Assembly: GCA_001777665.1 (NCBI GenBank)
Contig: MFEQ01000004.1
Coordinates: 10-64,009, forward strand
Direction: 5' to 3'
Length of the DNA: 64,000 bases
DNA from: Candidatus Doudnabacteria bacterium RIFCSPHIGHO2_02_FULL_42_25
GTDB lineage: Bacteria; Patescibacteriota; Doudnabacteria; UBA920; O2-02-FULL-48-8
A program made the translations under genes and the position numbers. Positions 45,877-56,419 of the stretch are shown piece after piece; position 1 is the first letter of the stretch, and each line of letters opens with the position of its first letter. The notes beneath the pieces are model-generated. The model did not search any database. It was not told the DNA's origin and saw only the letters and a list, made by a program, of their open reading frames with translations.

Positions 45877-47595
45877 CTAATTTATTATTTCACCGGCTGG
45901 AAAACCATCAACATCGCCTTGTGGTAAGATAGTCGGTTTCGGATACCTCGCCCGTTTGTATGACGCGGCAGTGTACATGCGCTTCAAACCATTTTCCATT
46001 TTATATATGGCGGAAGACTGATCGCCTTTGATCACTGTCCCATCGCGAGGTGGGAACAAACCTCCATTCGGAATGGCCATTAACTCCTCCGAGGAAACTG
46101 TCAACAGTGGGAAGAATCCAACCCCTCGTTGCTTCCAGACAAAAGCCGTCACTCCTCTTCGAGAATTGTCACGGAACCACCAAATCGTTGGGTCATCCGG
46201 AGTTTTCAGAGCGACCATATTAGGCGGTGTTAGAAACGGTCCAGATGCCATAGAAGACACTTCAACATCGGACAGTTTCATAATTTTCCCGAAAGAATAT
46301 TTACGAGCAACAAATACAGCACCTGATATTGGTCGTTTTAATCCGGTATCAATAATATATACCGTGGGATTCGTCTCACTCATGATCAGGGTTCCATCTG
46401 TTGGAGTTTCATAACTACCGGTCGCATATGAATCGACTTCGGCTTGGGGTAGTATCATCACGTTGCTAGCTAACAATTTTCGTTGGGCGAATACTGGGGC
46501 AGAAATGGGATGCTTTACTCCATCGCCAATTACATACGTTGTCGCATCGATATCACCTTTGAGCAAAGTGCCCTCAAGGGGAACCATTTGTTTTTCAGTT
46601 GGATATGAATCAAATTCTGTTTGGGAGACAATTATTACATTTGCAGTTTTGATGCCCCTCTGTCCCGCTACAAATGCAGAGAACGGCCGCTTCGTGCCAT
46701 TATCTATGACATACTGTTGAATGTCGCCAACACGGATAATAACTGTTCCATTCGGGTATTTAAACCAAGTGGAATAAAATTTCCAAAAATTATAATTGCC
46801 ATTGTAGACGTGAGGGGTATATCGATAAAGCGCAGCCGTCGCGTAATTGCCCAAAGTTACTGTTTGCTGTTGTTGGACTCCACTATAACCATTCAAAGTA
46901 TTATCAAGCGTAATACTATCGCCCACTCTGGCGGTTCGGACTACAGGACGGCCATAGGTCGTATTTTGGGCATCTACCATAGGTCCGCGGCCGACTCGAG
47001 CACCACCAACTTCAGCTCTAAATGAGCGCATCAAGGAAGCTGCAGCGCCTAGCCATCGATTACCTTCTCCGTCGAAAGTTCCAAATAGTTGTCGATAGAA
47101 ACCTAGGAAAATATCGCCGCAACCTTCGTAATCAGGACAGCCAAATCCTAACGAACGATCAAGCGCTCTTTGCAAACTACTGTCAGAATTAAAAGTTCCA
47201 GCAATTAAACTTTGTTCTTTTTGCAAAATTACTAAGATGACTTGAGGATTTAGCCCCCACTTCGCACCGGCATCGTAAATTAGCTCTGCGGCTGTACGCA
47301 GTCTGGTTAGGTTTGGTTGTGGATCTTCAAGCCCGACTTTCGTCAATGTATCTGCTTCTTTGAGTTTGATTAAAAATTCCGGAGTGGTATTGGCTAACAC
47401 TGAACCCTTTAATTCCAAAAAGCTCTGAATTCCCGCAGCGGAACCAAACGTTCCGACATCAGCAAATGCTTCGTCAGGAATAATCAATCCGGGATTAAAT
47501 GCAGAATCAGGCACCGCTTGAGCTAACGCTTGCAGGGGTGAAAATCCAATTTCCAGGCTCCAAAACACAATTAGCAACCATTTGATATTTTTCAT
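45877..47595 (-). CDS. Secreted protein: putative cell-wall-hydrolase-like domain plus ~60 aa beta repeats
   Basis: Signal peptide; NPQVILVILQKEQSLI, GFGCPD, ATAALYRYTPH; about five GTL(I/L)K...Y.I..G.KRP repeats. Confidence 0.6.
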   Translation of the reverse strand: MKNIKWLLIVFWSLEIGFSPLQALAQAVPDSAFNPGLIIPDEAFADVGTFGSAAGIQSFLELKGSVLANTTPEFLIKLKEADTLTKVGLEDPQPNLTRLRTAAELIYDAGAKWGLNPQVILVILQKEQSLIAGTFNSDSSLQRALDRSLGFGCPDYEGCGDIFLGFYRQLFGTFDGEGNRWLGAAASLMRSFRAEVGGARVGRGPMVDAQNTTYGRPVVRTARVGDSITLDNTLNGYSGVQQQQTVTLGNYATAALYRYTPHVYNGNYNFWKFYSTWFKYPNGTVIIRVGDIQQYVIDNGTKRPFSAFVAGQRGIKTANVIIVSQTEFDSYPTEKQMVPLEGTLLKGDIDATTYVIGDGVKHPISAPVFAQRKLLASNVMILPQAEVDSYATGSYETPTDGTLIMSETNPTVYIIDTGLKRPISGAVFVARKYSFGKIMKLSDVEVSSMASGPFLTPPNMVALKTPDDPTIWWFRDNSRRGVTAFVWKQRGVGFFPLLTVSSEELMAIPNGGLFPPRDGTVIKGDQSSAIYKMENGLKRMYTAASYKRARYPKPTILPQGDVDGFPAGEIIN

Positions 47596-47602
47596 TTATG
47601 AT

Positions 47603-49615
47603 CTAATTTAATATTGGCAAGCCAGGACTAACAACCTCCACTTCAGCCTGGGGTAAAGTTTTTACGCTTGAAAACAGATAGCCCCTTCCAGCAAATGCTT
47701 CAAACGACATTAATCTTTTGGTTCCATTTTCGATAACGTAAATTCCAGGATCTGTGTCGGATTTAATCAAAGTTCCATCAAGTGGTGCGAGCCAATAATT
47801 ATCTCTCGGCACAGGGATGTGGCCAAATTCATCTCGAGTAACATTCACAACATTCTTAAAAGATAAATTTCTTTGCGTAAAAACAAAATATGTTGACGGG
47901 CGCCTGACTCCCTGATCCATGACGAATACTGTCGGGTCATCTTTTATCAAAACCATAGTACCGTCTGGTGGCCAATACCATTCCCCTGTTGTAAATGCCG
48001 CAACTTCTGCTGTTGGTAAGACTTTTATGTCCGAAAATTTATAACCCCTAGAAATAAAGACGAGGTAAGTCAGAGGGCGTTTCATTTCCGAATTAATTAT
48101 ATAGACTTGCTGGTCATTCGATGATTTAATTAGCGTTCCTTCTGGTGGGGTTAAAGCCAAAACCAAAGAAAAATTGGCTAGCTCGTTTTTCGTATCGCTA
48201 ACCACAACATTCAGATCAAATCCACGTTCTACAAAAACACTCGGAATCACTAACCTCTTCGTGCCGTTAACCAAAAAATAAATATCCCCTGTCCCTAAAT
48301 CACGCATCAGAGTCCCATTTGGAATTGGCTGGGGCTTGATCGCATTCAATGCATTTATCCGACCCTTACCGAGCAACCCATTACAGCTACTACCCAAACA
48401 GGATGTTTGATTAACCCCATCTATATTATCGACCGAGCGAAGCAATAAGTTACGGATTTCCACGTTCGATAAATTTGGATTCTGCGCCTTTAACAAGGCC
48501 GCAACACCTGACACTATCGGTGTGGCCAGTGAAGTTCCTGAACCATAAATCAAAAGATTGTTTGCTGGATCAGATGGTAGATAAGTGGTTGTGATAATTT
48601 TTTTGCCCGGAGCTGCGATATCGAGACAGATCGCACCGAAGTTGGAAAAACCTGCTTTTTGATCATTGATGTCGGTTGCCGCCACCCCAATAATCATATT
48701 TTCTCCATTGTCACCACACACAGGATAAATAGGATTTTTGTCCAAACTATTTCCTACGTCAGCTGTATCGTTACCAGCAGCAGAAACTAATAGCAACCCT
48801 TTATTATAAGCGTACGAAATTGCATTACTCAAAGTCATATCGTTGCCAAAACCCGGGCCTCCCATGCTTAAATTGATAATGTTTGCGCCATTATCAGCAG
48901 CCCAGACAATTCCTGCTGCCACGTCTGAGGTGTCCCCTGTGCCATCTGCGGCCAAGGTTTTAACCGGCATTAATCTAACATTCCAATTAACTCCAGCAAT
49001 TCCTTTTTGATTATTCGGAATGGCGCCGACGACTCCAGCTACTGCGGTCCCATGTCCATTGTCATCTGAATTGCCACCTGATGGAATAATTTCTTTTTTA
49101 AATACATCATAGCCAGGTCCCACTCTGCCGTCATTTAATTCGATATGGCTAGCATGAATGCCAGTATCTATAATGGCCACTGTCACCGCTGTCGAACCCT
49201 TGGTATATTCCCAAGCATCGGGAATCTGGGTTTTCGGCAAATACCACTGCCTATCTTCTTTCGTCGCATCCAAAGTAAAAAACGGATCATTGGCAGTGAC
49301 CAGTTGAGTAACAGAAATCTCGGCAGCAGTCATTTTACTATCCCGCTGAACATAATTAATTCTCGGATCCGAACTCATCAAATCAAAAGTTCTCGTAGAA
49401 ATTTCTGTTTTATAAATATTTTGAAATAAATATGAAGCGTCCAAAGAATAATCTGAAAATACTGCCTGATTATATTCAGGGCTTTTTATTTGAAACGTAA
49501 CCTCTACCAATTCTTGATCAGTAATTGCTTGCGGTATGGCCGTAAATAAAAAAATTGGCACCAAGATGCTGCCTAGAGTTTGTAATTTGAAATTTGTAAT
49601 TTGTAATTTACTCAT
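47603..49615 (-). CDS. S8 subtilisin-like serine protease with C-terminal ~60 aa repeats
   Basis: VAIIDTG, HGTAVAG, GTSLATP catalytic triad; same repeats as the neighbouring gene. Confidence 0.93.
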   Translation of the reverse strand: MSKLQITNFKLQTLGSILVPIFLFTAIPQAITDQELVEVTFQIKSPEYNQAVFSDYSLDASYLFQNIYKTEISTRTFDLMSSDPRINYVQRDSKMTAAEISVTQLVTANDPFFTLDATKEDRQWYLPKTQIPDAWEYTKGSTAVTVAIIDTGIHASHIELNDGRVGPGYDVFKKEIIPSGGNSDDNGHGTAVAGVVGAIPNNQKGIAGVNWNVRLMPVKTLAADGTGDTSDVAAGIVWAADNGANIINLSMGGPGFGNDMTLSNAISYAYNKGLLLVSAAGNDTADVGNSLDKNPIYPVCGDNGENMIIGVAATDINDQKAGFSNFGAICLDIAAPGKKIITTTYLPSDPANNLLIYGSGTSLATPIVSGVAALLKAQNPNLSNVEIRNLLLRSVDNIDGVNQTSCLGSSCNGLLGKGRINALNAIKPQPIPNGTLMRDLGTGDIYFLVNGTKRLVIPSVFVERGFDLNVVVSDTKNELANFSLVLALTPPEGTLIKSSNDQQVYIINSEMKRPLTYLVFISRGYKFSDIKVLPTAEVAAFTTGEWYWPPDGTMVLIKDDPTVFVMDQGVRRPSTYFVFTQRNLSFKNVVNVTRDEFGHIPVPRDNYWLAPLDGTLIKSDTDPGIYVIENGTKRLMSFEAFAGRGYLFSSVKTLPQAEVEVVSPGLPILN

Positions 49616-50336
49616 TTGATGAGTATTTACCAGTTAATGCTTTCCATTTAATAATAAACAGGTCGCGAAGCGATTGTAAGTATGCTTTTAGGGGCACATG
49701 CGAACCTCCATGTTCTTCCCAGGACACTGGCACTTCCTTAATTCTATAGCTTAATTTCAGAGCAATAGCAAGTAATTCCATGTCGAAAGCCCAACCAAAA
49801 ATGGTCAGGTGCTTGAAAATTTTTGTTGCCGCTGATGTTTTAAATGCTTTGAAGCCACATTGCGTGTCCTTGATATGTGGTATTAATACTATTTGGATGA
49901 GCATATTACTCATCCTGGACAAAAGAATTTTATAAAATGGTTGTTTGATTTTTACTGTAGTCTGATCTTGGTATCGGGAGCCAATGACAACTTCTATTCC
50001 GGATTCTAAATACTGCCAAAATTTTTCAATCTCCGAGATAGGTGTTGCGTTATCCGCGTCCATAAACACAGCAAATTCGCCTCTCGCTTCAGCGATTCCT
50101 AGTTGTACTGCCGCACCTTTCCCCCTCACCCATTGTTTAATTGCTCGGGCATTTTGGACTGTTGTCGTCTCTAATTTTCGAACAACTTCAAAAGTTTTGT
50201 CCTTACTATTATTATCGATAACAATAATCTCATACCCAAAATTTTGTTTCTCTAAGTAACTATCAACAGCGCGCAGAGTTTTTTCGATACGCTTTTCTTC
50301 GTTATATGCAGGGATAATGACTGATAATTTGATCAT
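49608..50336 (-). CDS. Glycosyltransferase family 2 (polyprenyl-phosphate glucosyltransferase-like)
   Basis: SVIIPAYNEE, GKGAAV, FMDAD, DTQCGFK, WAFDMELL. Confidence 0.92.
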   Translation of the reverse strand: MIKLSVIIPAYNEEKRIEKTLRAVDSYLEKQNFGYEIIVIDNNSKDKTFEVVRKLETTTVQNARAIKQWVRGKGAAVQLGIAEARGEFAVFMDADNATPISEIEKFWQYLESGIEVVIGSRYQDQTTVKIKQPFYKILLSRMSNMLIQIVLIPHIKDTQCGFKAFKTSAATKIFKHLTIFGWAFDMELLAIALKLSYRIKEVPVSWEEHGGSHVPLKAYLQSLRDLFIIKWKALTGKYSSNE

Positions 50337-50388
50337 ATTTTGAGGGCAAATCAAAAGTAATTATACCAAAAATTGCTTTGATTGTAAA

Positions 50389-51402
50389 TTATTTTGTTTC
50401 GAATTCGCGTTGTTTTTCCACCAATAACTTCTGATGCCAGGCCCAGGCAGTTTTTATGATTGTTTCGACATCAGAATAGATAGGGTTAAATCCCAATTCA
50501 GTTTGGATTTTGGTGGGATCTGCGACTAAAACTGCTGGATCCCCTGGCCGTCTGGGTGAATACTCAATCGGGATCATTCGCTTTGTCACCTCAACACAGG
50601 TGTTCACGATTTCATTTACTGATCGGCCCTTACCAGTACCGACATTGTAAGCAAATACGCCTTGGTCAGAATCTAATTTATGCAAAGCGAGATTATGTGC
50701 TGTCGCTAAATCTTCCACATGAATATAATCTCTGACGCATGTTCCATCAAAAGTGGGATAGTCGTTGCCAAAAATCTTTAAGACTTCTTGCTGCTTGGCT
50801 GCAACCTGTAAAATTTTCGGGATCAAATGTGATTCGACTGGATGACTCTCGCCGATTCTTGCATCCGTGCTGCCACCGCAGGCATTAAAATATCGGAGGC
50901 TGATCGAGGACAGCCCAAACGCTTCGTGGTACCACTTCAATATTTTTTCAAACACCAGTTTCGTTTCACCATATGGGTTGACGGGTTTTTTGGGATGCTC
51001 TTCGTCAATCGGAACATAATGTGGCTCACCGTAAATGGCTGCACTGGATGAGTAAACCAATTTCGTGACTTTGTGGCTGACCATGGCATCGAGTAAATTT
51101 CGGCCGTTATTGACGTTGTTATCAAAATATCGATTCGGGAACAAAACTGATTCTTCAACTATGATTGAGTTGGCAAAATGGATTACAGAATCGATTTCAT
51201 GATCATCAAAAATTTTATCAAGGAGTTTTTTATCAGATAAATCCCCGACTATCAACTGACAATTAATTGCGTTGGAATGCCCGGCCGAGAGATTATCAAG
51301 GACGATAACCTCTTTCCCGATGGATTGCAATAATTTCACGGTGTGGGAACCGATGTAGCCCGCACCACCAGTAACTAAAATTTTCTGCTTTGGGGAATCC
51401 AT
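50389..51402 (-). CDS. galE: UDP-glucose 4-epimerase
   Basis: TGGAGYIGSH, YGETK, LRYFNA, DGTCVRDYIHV, RRPGD. Confidence 0.96.
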   Translation of the reverse strand: MDSPKQKILVTGGAGYIGSHTVKLLQSIGKEVIVLDNLSAGHSNAINCQLIVGDLSDKKLLDKIFDDHEIDSVIHFANSIIVEESVLFPNRYFDNNVNNGRNLLDAMVSHKVTKLVYSSSAAIYGEPHYVPIDEEHPKKPVNPYGETKLVFEKILKWYHEAFGLSSISLRYFNACGGSTDARIGESHPVESHLIPKILQVAAKQQEVLKIFGNDYPTFDGTCVRDYIHVEDLATAHNLALHKLDSDQGVFAYNVGTGKGRSVNEIVNTCVEVTKRMIPIEYSPRRPGDPAVLVADPTKIQTELGFNPIYSDVETIIKTAWAWHQKLLVEKQREFETK

Positions 51403-51408
51403 AGTTTA

Positions 51409-51491
51409 TCTACGAAATTACGAATCTTTTACGAAAATACGAAAAGGGTTCTCTCTTGTTCGTACTTTCGTAACCTTTCGTAATTCGTAGA
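51409..51491. repeat. Gene-less copy of the TACGAA inverted-array element
   Basis: 4x TACGAA, ~15 bp spacer, 4x TTCGTA; ends TCTACGAA / TTCGTAGA. Confidence 0.8.
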
Positions 51492-51558
51492 CGAACAAAA
51501 AACCGACATCAGCGCGGTTTGTTTTTGTTTTCTTTATGTTGGATTAATCATAGATGAC

Positions 51559-51591
51559 AAAAAAAAGTGCCGCAAGATCTGCGGCACTTTA
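51559..51591 (-). terminator. Terminator of the surface-protein operon
   Basis: AAAGTGCCGCA-agatc-TGCGGCACTTT with an adjacent A-run on the + strand. Confidence 0.75.
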
Positions 51592-51601
51592 GTTTTTTTG
51601 A

Positions 51602-52195
51602 TTAATTACCGGAAGTTATCCCCACTAACCGTCTCCGGAATATAAATCCGGCAGTCAATAATGCGGCCAGGAGCACTGGAACAAATTCAGAGGCACCTGA
51701 TGTTGGTGCAATGTAGTTTGAAGCAACTTGCTGCATGGCAGAACCCCCAGAAACTACTGCTGTTGGTCGAATCTCTACAGCTAGTTCGTTATTGAAGCTG
51801 ATTCTCATCGTGGTCGATGTACTACCAGAAGGCAGCGAGTTAACTTTGACCGAGAAAGTTTGGGAGATGGATTCGTGTGGTGGAATATCGCGAGGTGTCC
51901 AGACGAGTGAATTCGTCGCAGAATTATAGGAAGCACCTGAAGCTTCAACTAGTGAAGCTTGATTGGTAACATCAGAGATGTTTGCTTCCATAACATAACC
52001 CGAGATAGTCTCATCATTTGGATTTTCAGCATTGAGAGTAAACACAACACTGTCCCCTGGTACAGCAGTCGTGGTAGAAGCCGAGACCGAGAGTACTGGA
52101 GTTGCTTTTTCTTTCTCGTCCCAATTAACGAACCAGACAATTGCCCCAATGATGAGGATTAGCGCCACAAGGCCAATAATTGTTCTTTTGTCCAT
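51602..52195 (-). CDS. DUF11-like surface protein with sortase-like C-terminal signal (APTSG)
   Basis: N-terminal TM, PGDSVVFTL Ig-like domain, YIAPTSG followed by a hydrophobic helix and RRR. Confidence 0.7.
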   Translation of the reverse strand: MDKRTIIGLVALILIIGAIVWFVNWDEKEKATPVLSVSASTTTAVPGDSVVFTLNAENPNDETISGYVMEANISDVTNQASLVEASGASYNSATNSLVWTPRDIPPHESISQTFSVKVNSLPSGSTSTTMRISFNNELAVEIRPTAVVSGGSAMQQVASNYIAPTSGASEFVPVLLAALLTAGFIFRRRLVGITSGN

Positions 52196-55134
52196 AGTTT
52201 TCCCTTTCTAATACCTACGTATGCTAGCACAGCCAGTGCGGCTAATGCTAGTGCGATAATGGTTGAAGTAGGCCCTGTCTTTGGTGCGATGTATGTAACC
52301 CCAGCAACAATTGGAGCAGCAACACGAACATTGAGTGTATTGCCAAAGATGTTGGTCATGGTCAAATCAGAACCAGTTGGGAAACTGCCATTAACTTTCA
52401 CACTGAAAGTTTTTTCTACTGTTCCGTTTGCTGGAATGGTGGTTGCCGGCCAGCTCAAACTTAGATTGCCAATATTAAACGCAGCATCACCGAAAGTTTG
52501 CAACATGGATAACTGCAAAACATCAGAGATGCCATCCTGGAAGACATAGTTAGTTGCAGCCACACTTCCGCTGTTACGTACGCTCAAAGTGTAGATAATA
52601 ATGTCACCGGGTCGTGCAATGCTAGACACAGCATCAATATTTTGAGTTTGATTGAAAGCTCTTTTGCTCAAAATAAGATTGATGCTACCCCCGCCTGATA
52701 CAGATCGATTGACCACCACAGTGGCAGAATCTGATACTGAACTTGCATTACTAGAAGTAACTGTAACATTGTTGACCCAGTTCGAAATTCCGGTCGGGAA
52801 ATTTCCTTCTGAAGCAGCTTGTACTGTAATGAACACAGTTTGAGTGTTCCCAGCATTCATGCTGCCAAAATTCGTAACTGTAGAACCTGAGACCAAACTA
52901 AAGTTATTCGGGAAGGTGTCAGTGACTACAACATTATTGGCTGTCGCATTGCTGACTGAAACTTGAATCTGATATTGAACTTGATCACCTGGGTTGGCAT
53001 TTACTGTTTTACTAAACCCTGTTCCTTGGGTGACATTTTTTACTAATTTAGTTACCAAAATAACTGGAGTTGGTGAACCACCGCCACCACAAGATTTGCT
53101 GACAGTGATAGCTGCGGTATCAGAAGCTGAACCAGCGTTGGTTGAAGTTGCAGATGCAGTGTTGGTGTGATTAGTAGAACCACAAGCAACATCTGGGACT
53201 ACAGAAGACAGAGTAAAGGTATGAGAAGTTCCTGCGTTTAGATTGCCTATATTGTTCGCAGAGTTTGAGCCAGTCACAAAGCTCCAGCCTGATGGCAGAG
53301 TGTCTGTAATAATTACATTTTGGGCATGAGTATTACCAGTAGCACTTACTTTGATTTGGAACTGAACGATATCACCAGGAGCGGCATTGGTAGAATTGCT
53401 GAAACCACTATCATTTTTGGTGATATTTTTTACTTGTTTATCTAGACTCAAACTCACATTCGTAGAAGGTGGGTTTATAGTCACAACGACGTTCGCTGAA
53501 GCGCTTGCGCTATTGGAACTAGAAGTAACTGTTACATTGTTAGTCAGAGTAGATGTTCCGACACTAAAGCTTCCTGAGCCACTAACTGTAGCGCGAATAA
53601 TAATTTTTCTGTCACTGCCAGCAACTTCAGAACCGAGTCCGATTTGATTGATTGGGTCGGAGCTAGGAACGCCGTCCACAGTCAAAGAGTTTGCCACATA
53701 ATTCAGTCTGTTTGGCAAAACATCATTGATAACAACACCAGTGACTAGTCCAGCATTTACTTTCAAATTGATTTGAAATTCCACTTGGTCACCAGGATTG
53801 GCAGCAGTAGAAGACGTAAAAGCGCTTTGTCCTTGGGTTACGTTACGAACAGTTTTAGTTATGGTCACGGTCCCAGGGGTAGGTGTTGGTGTAGGAGTCG
53901 GAGTTGGTGTCGGAGTAACAACTATAACAACAGGTTTGTATCCGAAGTTATGGACGAAATCCGGACAAACAGTAAAAGCTATACTGTCATCAGTAGTTCG
54001 AGTATATCCAGTTGGTACAGTGTGTTTAACGCGGTAAGTTCCGGCAGTTAAGTTATTGAAGGAATAGAAACCCTGGCTGTCTGTTCTAGTAGTTGAGATC
54101 ACTTGAGTATCAGCGGAATTAGTCAAAGATACTAGTTCGTTACTTTGAGCTTGATCATTGCCATCAAATATTCCGTTACCGTTGTGATCTATGAATACGC
54201 GGCCAGTAGCTTTGGCTATACATTGGCTAACTTTAAAATCATATGTGACTAAATGCAAATATTCATAGCATCCACGCATATCACCTATTGAAGCCCCGGT
54301 TGTGACTACGGAATCCGATAATACGCGAACATTTGTCATGTTGCGATCGTATAACTTAGCAGAACCAGCAACGTAATTCAGAGAAGAACCATTTGGCATA
54401 CCAATTGTGACATCACCACCTTTTTGAGCAGAATTGATTCGATCAGCATTGTTGGCCCAAGCTTCGGCAGTGATGGTTGATCCTGAAATCGCTGATTTCA
54501 CTATGACATTATTAGCCACGTTCACATCGTAATCTAGAGTCCCGTTATGAACATAAAGTTCTGCTCGAAGAGTATCACCAGGATTGGCGTTTACAGTGCT
54601 ACCATTAACCCAGTTACCACCTTGAGTAACATTCTTTACAGAAAGCAGAGGGTAGTCTGTACAATCCGCACCGGTCGTGGCAATAGGGAAAATGTTGAGC
54701 ATTGGTTGGCCCATTGGAGGTGTTGGCGTACAACCATCTGGGCTTGTGTTTCCGCCCGTGCCGCCGCCGCCAGTTATATCCATACGAATCATCGATGCTA
54801 TCCATTCAGTATCCATATCAGCGAGGATATTGGTATAGGTTCGAGAATAGAACCCGGTTGCAGTTAATTCAATATCAACGTATCCAGGAGTTATACCCTG
54901 AAAAGTATATGCACCTGAACCATCCGTAACACCTTGTAACCCACTATTGAGTTTGACATTTACTCCTGAAACTAGAGTGTTGTTCGCTGGGTCGCCTTCA
55001 TAAACTCGAACAGTCAAGTTGACTGGGTCCGCAGCGAAAGAAGTGGCAACAGCAGAAACTGTACCAGCCAATACTAATGCCATCGCAATTGTTTTTATGA
55101 CTTTTGTTTTTTGAAGACCTTTGATGAATTGCAT
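52159..55134 (-). CDS. Large surface protein (DUF11 repeats, SdrD-B-like domain, PT linker, APKTG sorting signal); start revised to ATG 55134
   Basis: Signal peptide; repeated K.V.N.T...A.PGD.V.(F/Y)QI units; GRVFIDHNGNG; YIAPKTG plus TM plus RKGK. Confidence 0.85.
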   Translation of the reverse strand: MQFIKGLQKTKVIKTIAMALVLAGTVSAVATSFAADPVNLTVRVYEGDPANNTLVSGVNVKLNSGLQGVTDGSGAYTFQGITPGYVDIELTATGFYSRTYTNILADMDTEWIASMIRMDITGGGGTGGNTSPDGCTPTPPMGQPMLNIFPIATTGADCTDYPLLSVKNVTQGGNWVNGSTVNANPGDTLRAELYVHNGTLDYDVNVANNVIVKSAISGSTITAEAWANNADRINSAQKGGDVTIGMPNGSSLNYVAGSAKLYDRNMTNVRVLSDSVVTTGASIGDMRGCYEYLHLVTYDFKVSQCIAKATGRVFIDHNGNGIFDGNDQAQSNELVSLTNSADTQVISTTRTDSQGFYSFNNLTAGTYRVKHTVPTGYTRTTDDSIAFTVCPDFVHNFGYKPVVIVVTPTPTPTPTPTPTPGTVTITKTVRNVTQGQSAFTSSTAANPGDQVEFQINLKVNAGLVTGVVINDVLPNRLNYVANSLTVDGVPSSDPINQIGLGSEVAGSDRKIIIRATVSGSGSFSVGTSTLTNNVTVTSSSNSASASANVVVTINPPSTNVSLSLDKQVKNITKNDSGFSNSTNAAPGDIVQFQIKVSATGNTHAQNVIITDTLPSGWSFVTGSNSANNIGNLNAGTSHTFTLSSVVPDVACGSTNHTNTASATSTNAGSASDTAAITVSKSCGGGGSPTPVILVTKLVKNVTQGTGFSKTVNANPGDQVQYQIQVSVSNATANNVVVTDTFPNNFSLVSGSTVTNFGSMNAGNTQTVFITVQAASEGNFPTGISNWVNNVTVTSSNASSVSDSATVVVNRSVSGGGSINLILSKRAFNQTQNIDAVSSIARPGDIIIYTLSVRNSGSVAATNYVFQDGISDVLQLSMLQTFGDAAFNIGNLSLSWPATTIPANGTVEKTFSVKVNGSFPTGSDLTMTNIFGNTLNVRVAAPIVAGVTYIAPKTGPTSTIIALALAALAVLAYVGIRKGKLWTKEQLLALWR

Positions 55135-55190
55135 ATAGATTCCTTTCTTAAAATAATAAATAAATAAATTTTTTATTTGTTTATCACTTG

Positions 55191-55237
55191 AAAAAAGAGA
55201 GTGAGCAGGGTGGTGATTTTCATCAACCACCCGCTCG
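55191..55237 (-). terminator. Terminator of the GC-rich 55250-56236 gene
   Basis: GAGC-GGGTGGT...ACCACCC-t-GCTC followed by CTCTCTTTTTT on the minus strand. Confidence 0.65.
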
Positions 55238-55249
55238 GGAAACGCGTAC

Positions 55250-56236
55250 TTACCGACTACCCGGACTACCTGTCTTGCTGGGTGTGTTGTTGCCGTCAGG
55301 ACCAGCACGTCCTCGAATGACGGGCAGGATCGCTGCAGCAGCACATGCAGCCCAAGTGTAGCTGGACACGCATGGAATCCACACCTTACCCCGCTTCTTC
55401 TCGACAACCGGGACTGGTGCTGGCTCTGGGGTGGGTCTCGAGACCAGGAGCGGCGGCAGATCCTTCGGCAGGAGCGGCTGATACGTGACGATGTCAGGCT
55501 CAGGTTGCAACGGCTTCTCAGGCCTAACCTCGCTCGTCTGTGTCAGTCCCTCCCGAAGCATGTCCAACGAAAAGTCGAGGTTACCGCAGATTAGGTAGAA
55601 CCAGCCTGTCTGCCTCTGACCCATCTGATGTCCTTCTGTGATTTCGAGTTCTGAAGTCGCGATCACTCGGACACCACACTCGCCTGCTTCGGTCTTCACT
55701 CCGACTTCGCAGAAGCCGAGAACGACCGCCTCGTTACTCCACATGCGGGCCCACGGAATCCGAGATCCGTCAGGCATCACCCGATCGGGAGCCGCCTCTG
55801 ACGGGAACCAAACAGTGGTCTTACCGCAAGGGACGATCTTCTCGACGAGCTTGACCGAGCGTAACGCCGGAAGAAACGAAGCCGGCGGTTCCACTGCGAC
55901 CTTGTCCATCATCGTACCAGGCGGTGTAAACGCCTGCTGGACGAAGAGCGCATTTATCCTGACACGAGCCCTAATCAAATCAGGTTCTGTAGTCGGATCG
56001 AGCACGGGATCCGCCAGTACGCGACGGATGTACGAAATTGCCTCCGCCGTCTGCATCCTGCGCAGTTCTGGAATCACGGGATTGGTACCCGCATGATCCT
56101 TGGTCCAGCGCGGCATGGTTTCGAACCCAGGCCGGTACTGTGTCACAGGACAGTCCTGGAGCTCGCCGACCTGTGCTTCCGCGGTGGAAGCCAAACACAC
56201 ACAGAGCGCGATCAGCATGGGGAGTATGCGTCGCAT
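55250..56236 (-). CDS. Secreted hypothetical protein with Pro-rich linker and C-terminal hydrophobic segment (GC-rich orphan)
   Basis: Signal peptide ending AEA-Q; SD AAGGAGG; promoter TTGACT-17-TAAAGT near 56330-56359. Confidence 0.7.
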   Translation of the reverse strand: MRRILPMLIALCVCLASTAEAQVGELQDCPVTQYRPGFETMPRWTKDHAGTNPVIPELRRMQTAEAISYIRRVLADPVLDPTTEPDLIRARVRINALFVQQAFTPPGTMMDKVAVEPPASFLPALRSVKLVEKIVPCGKTTVWFPSEAAPDRVMPDGSRIPWARMWSNEAVVLGFCEVGVKTEAGECGVRVIATSELEITEGHQMGQRQTGWFYLICGNLDFSLDMLREGLTQTSEVRPEKPLQPEPDIVTYQPLLPKDLPPLLVSRPTPEPAPVPVVEKKRGKVWIPCVSSYTWAACAAAAILPVIRGRAGPDGNNTPSKTGSPGSR

Positions 56237-56419
56237 CTTGCCTCCTTATTGGCATTGCGCTTCCTTGGGTAAGAAGCGACTCCCAAGCCCTCTTTTCTTG
56301 GGACTCACTTCTTCATAAACGCAACTTAGAACTTTACCACAAAACCCTAGCAAAGTCAATGTGATTTTCTGTTTGGAGAGGAGACGGGGAACCCATAGTG
56401 GGCTCCCCTTTGTACTTGC

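Noticed and set aside
53874-53918. Tandem repeats here and at ~58800-58900
   Set aside because: They encode ordinary Pro-Thr linkers of surface proteins with synonymous variation.
55135-55407. N-terminal 91 aa of the 1082 aa ORF
   Set aside because: It overlaps the GC-rich gene and its terminator; the SD and signal peptide indicate a start at 55134.
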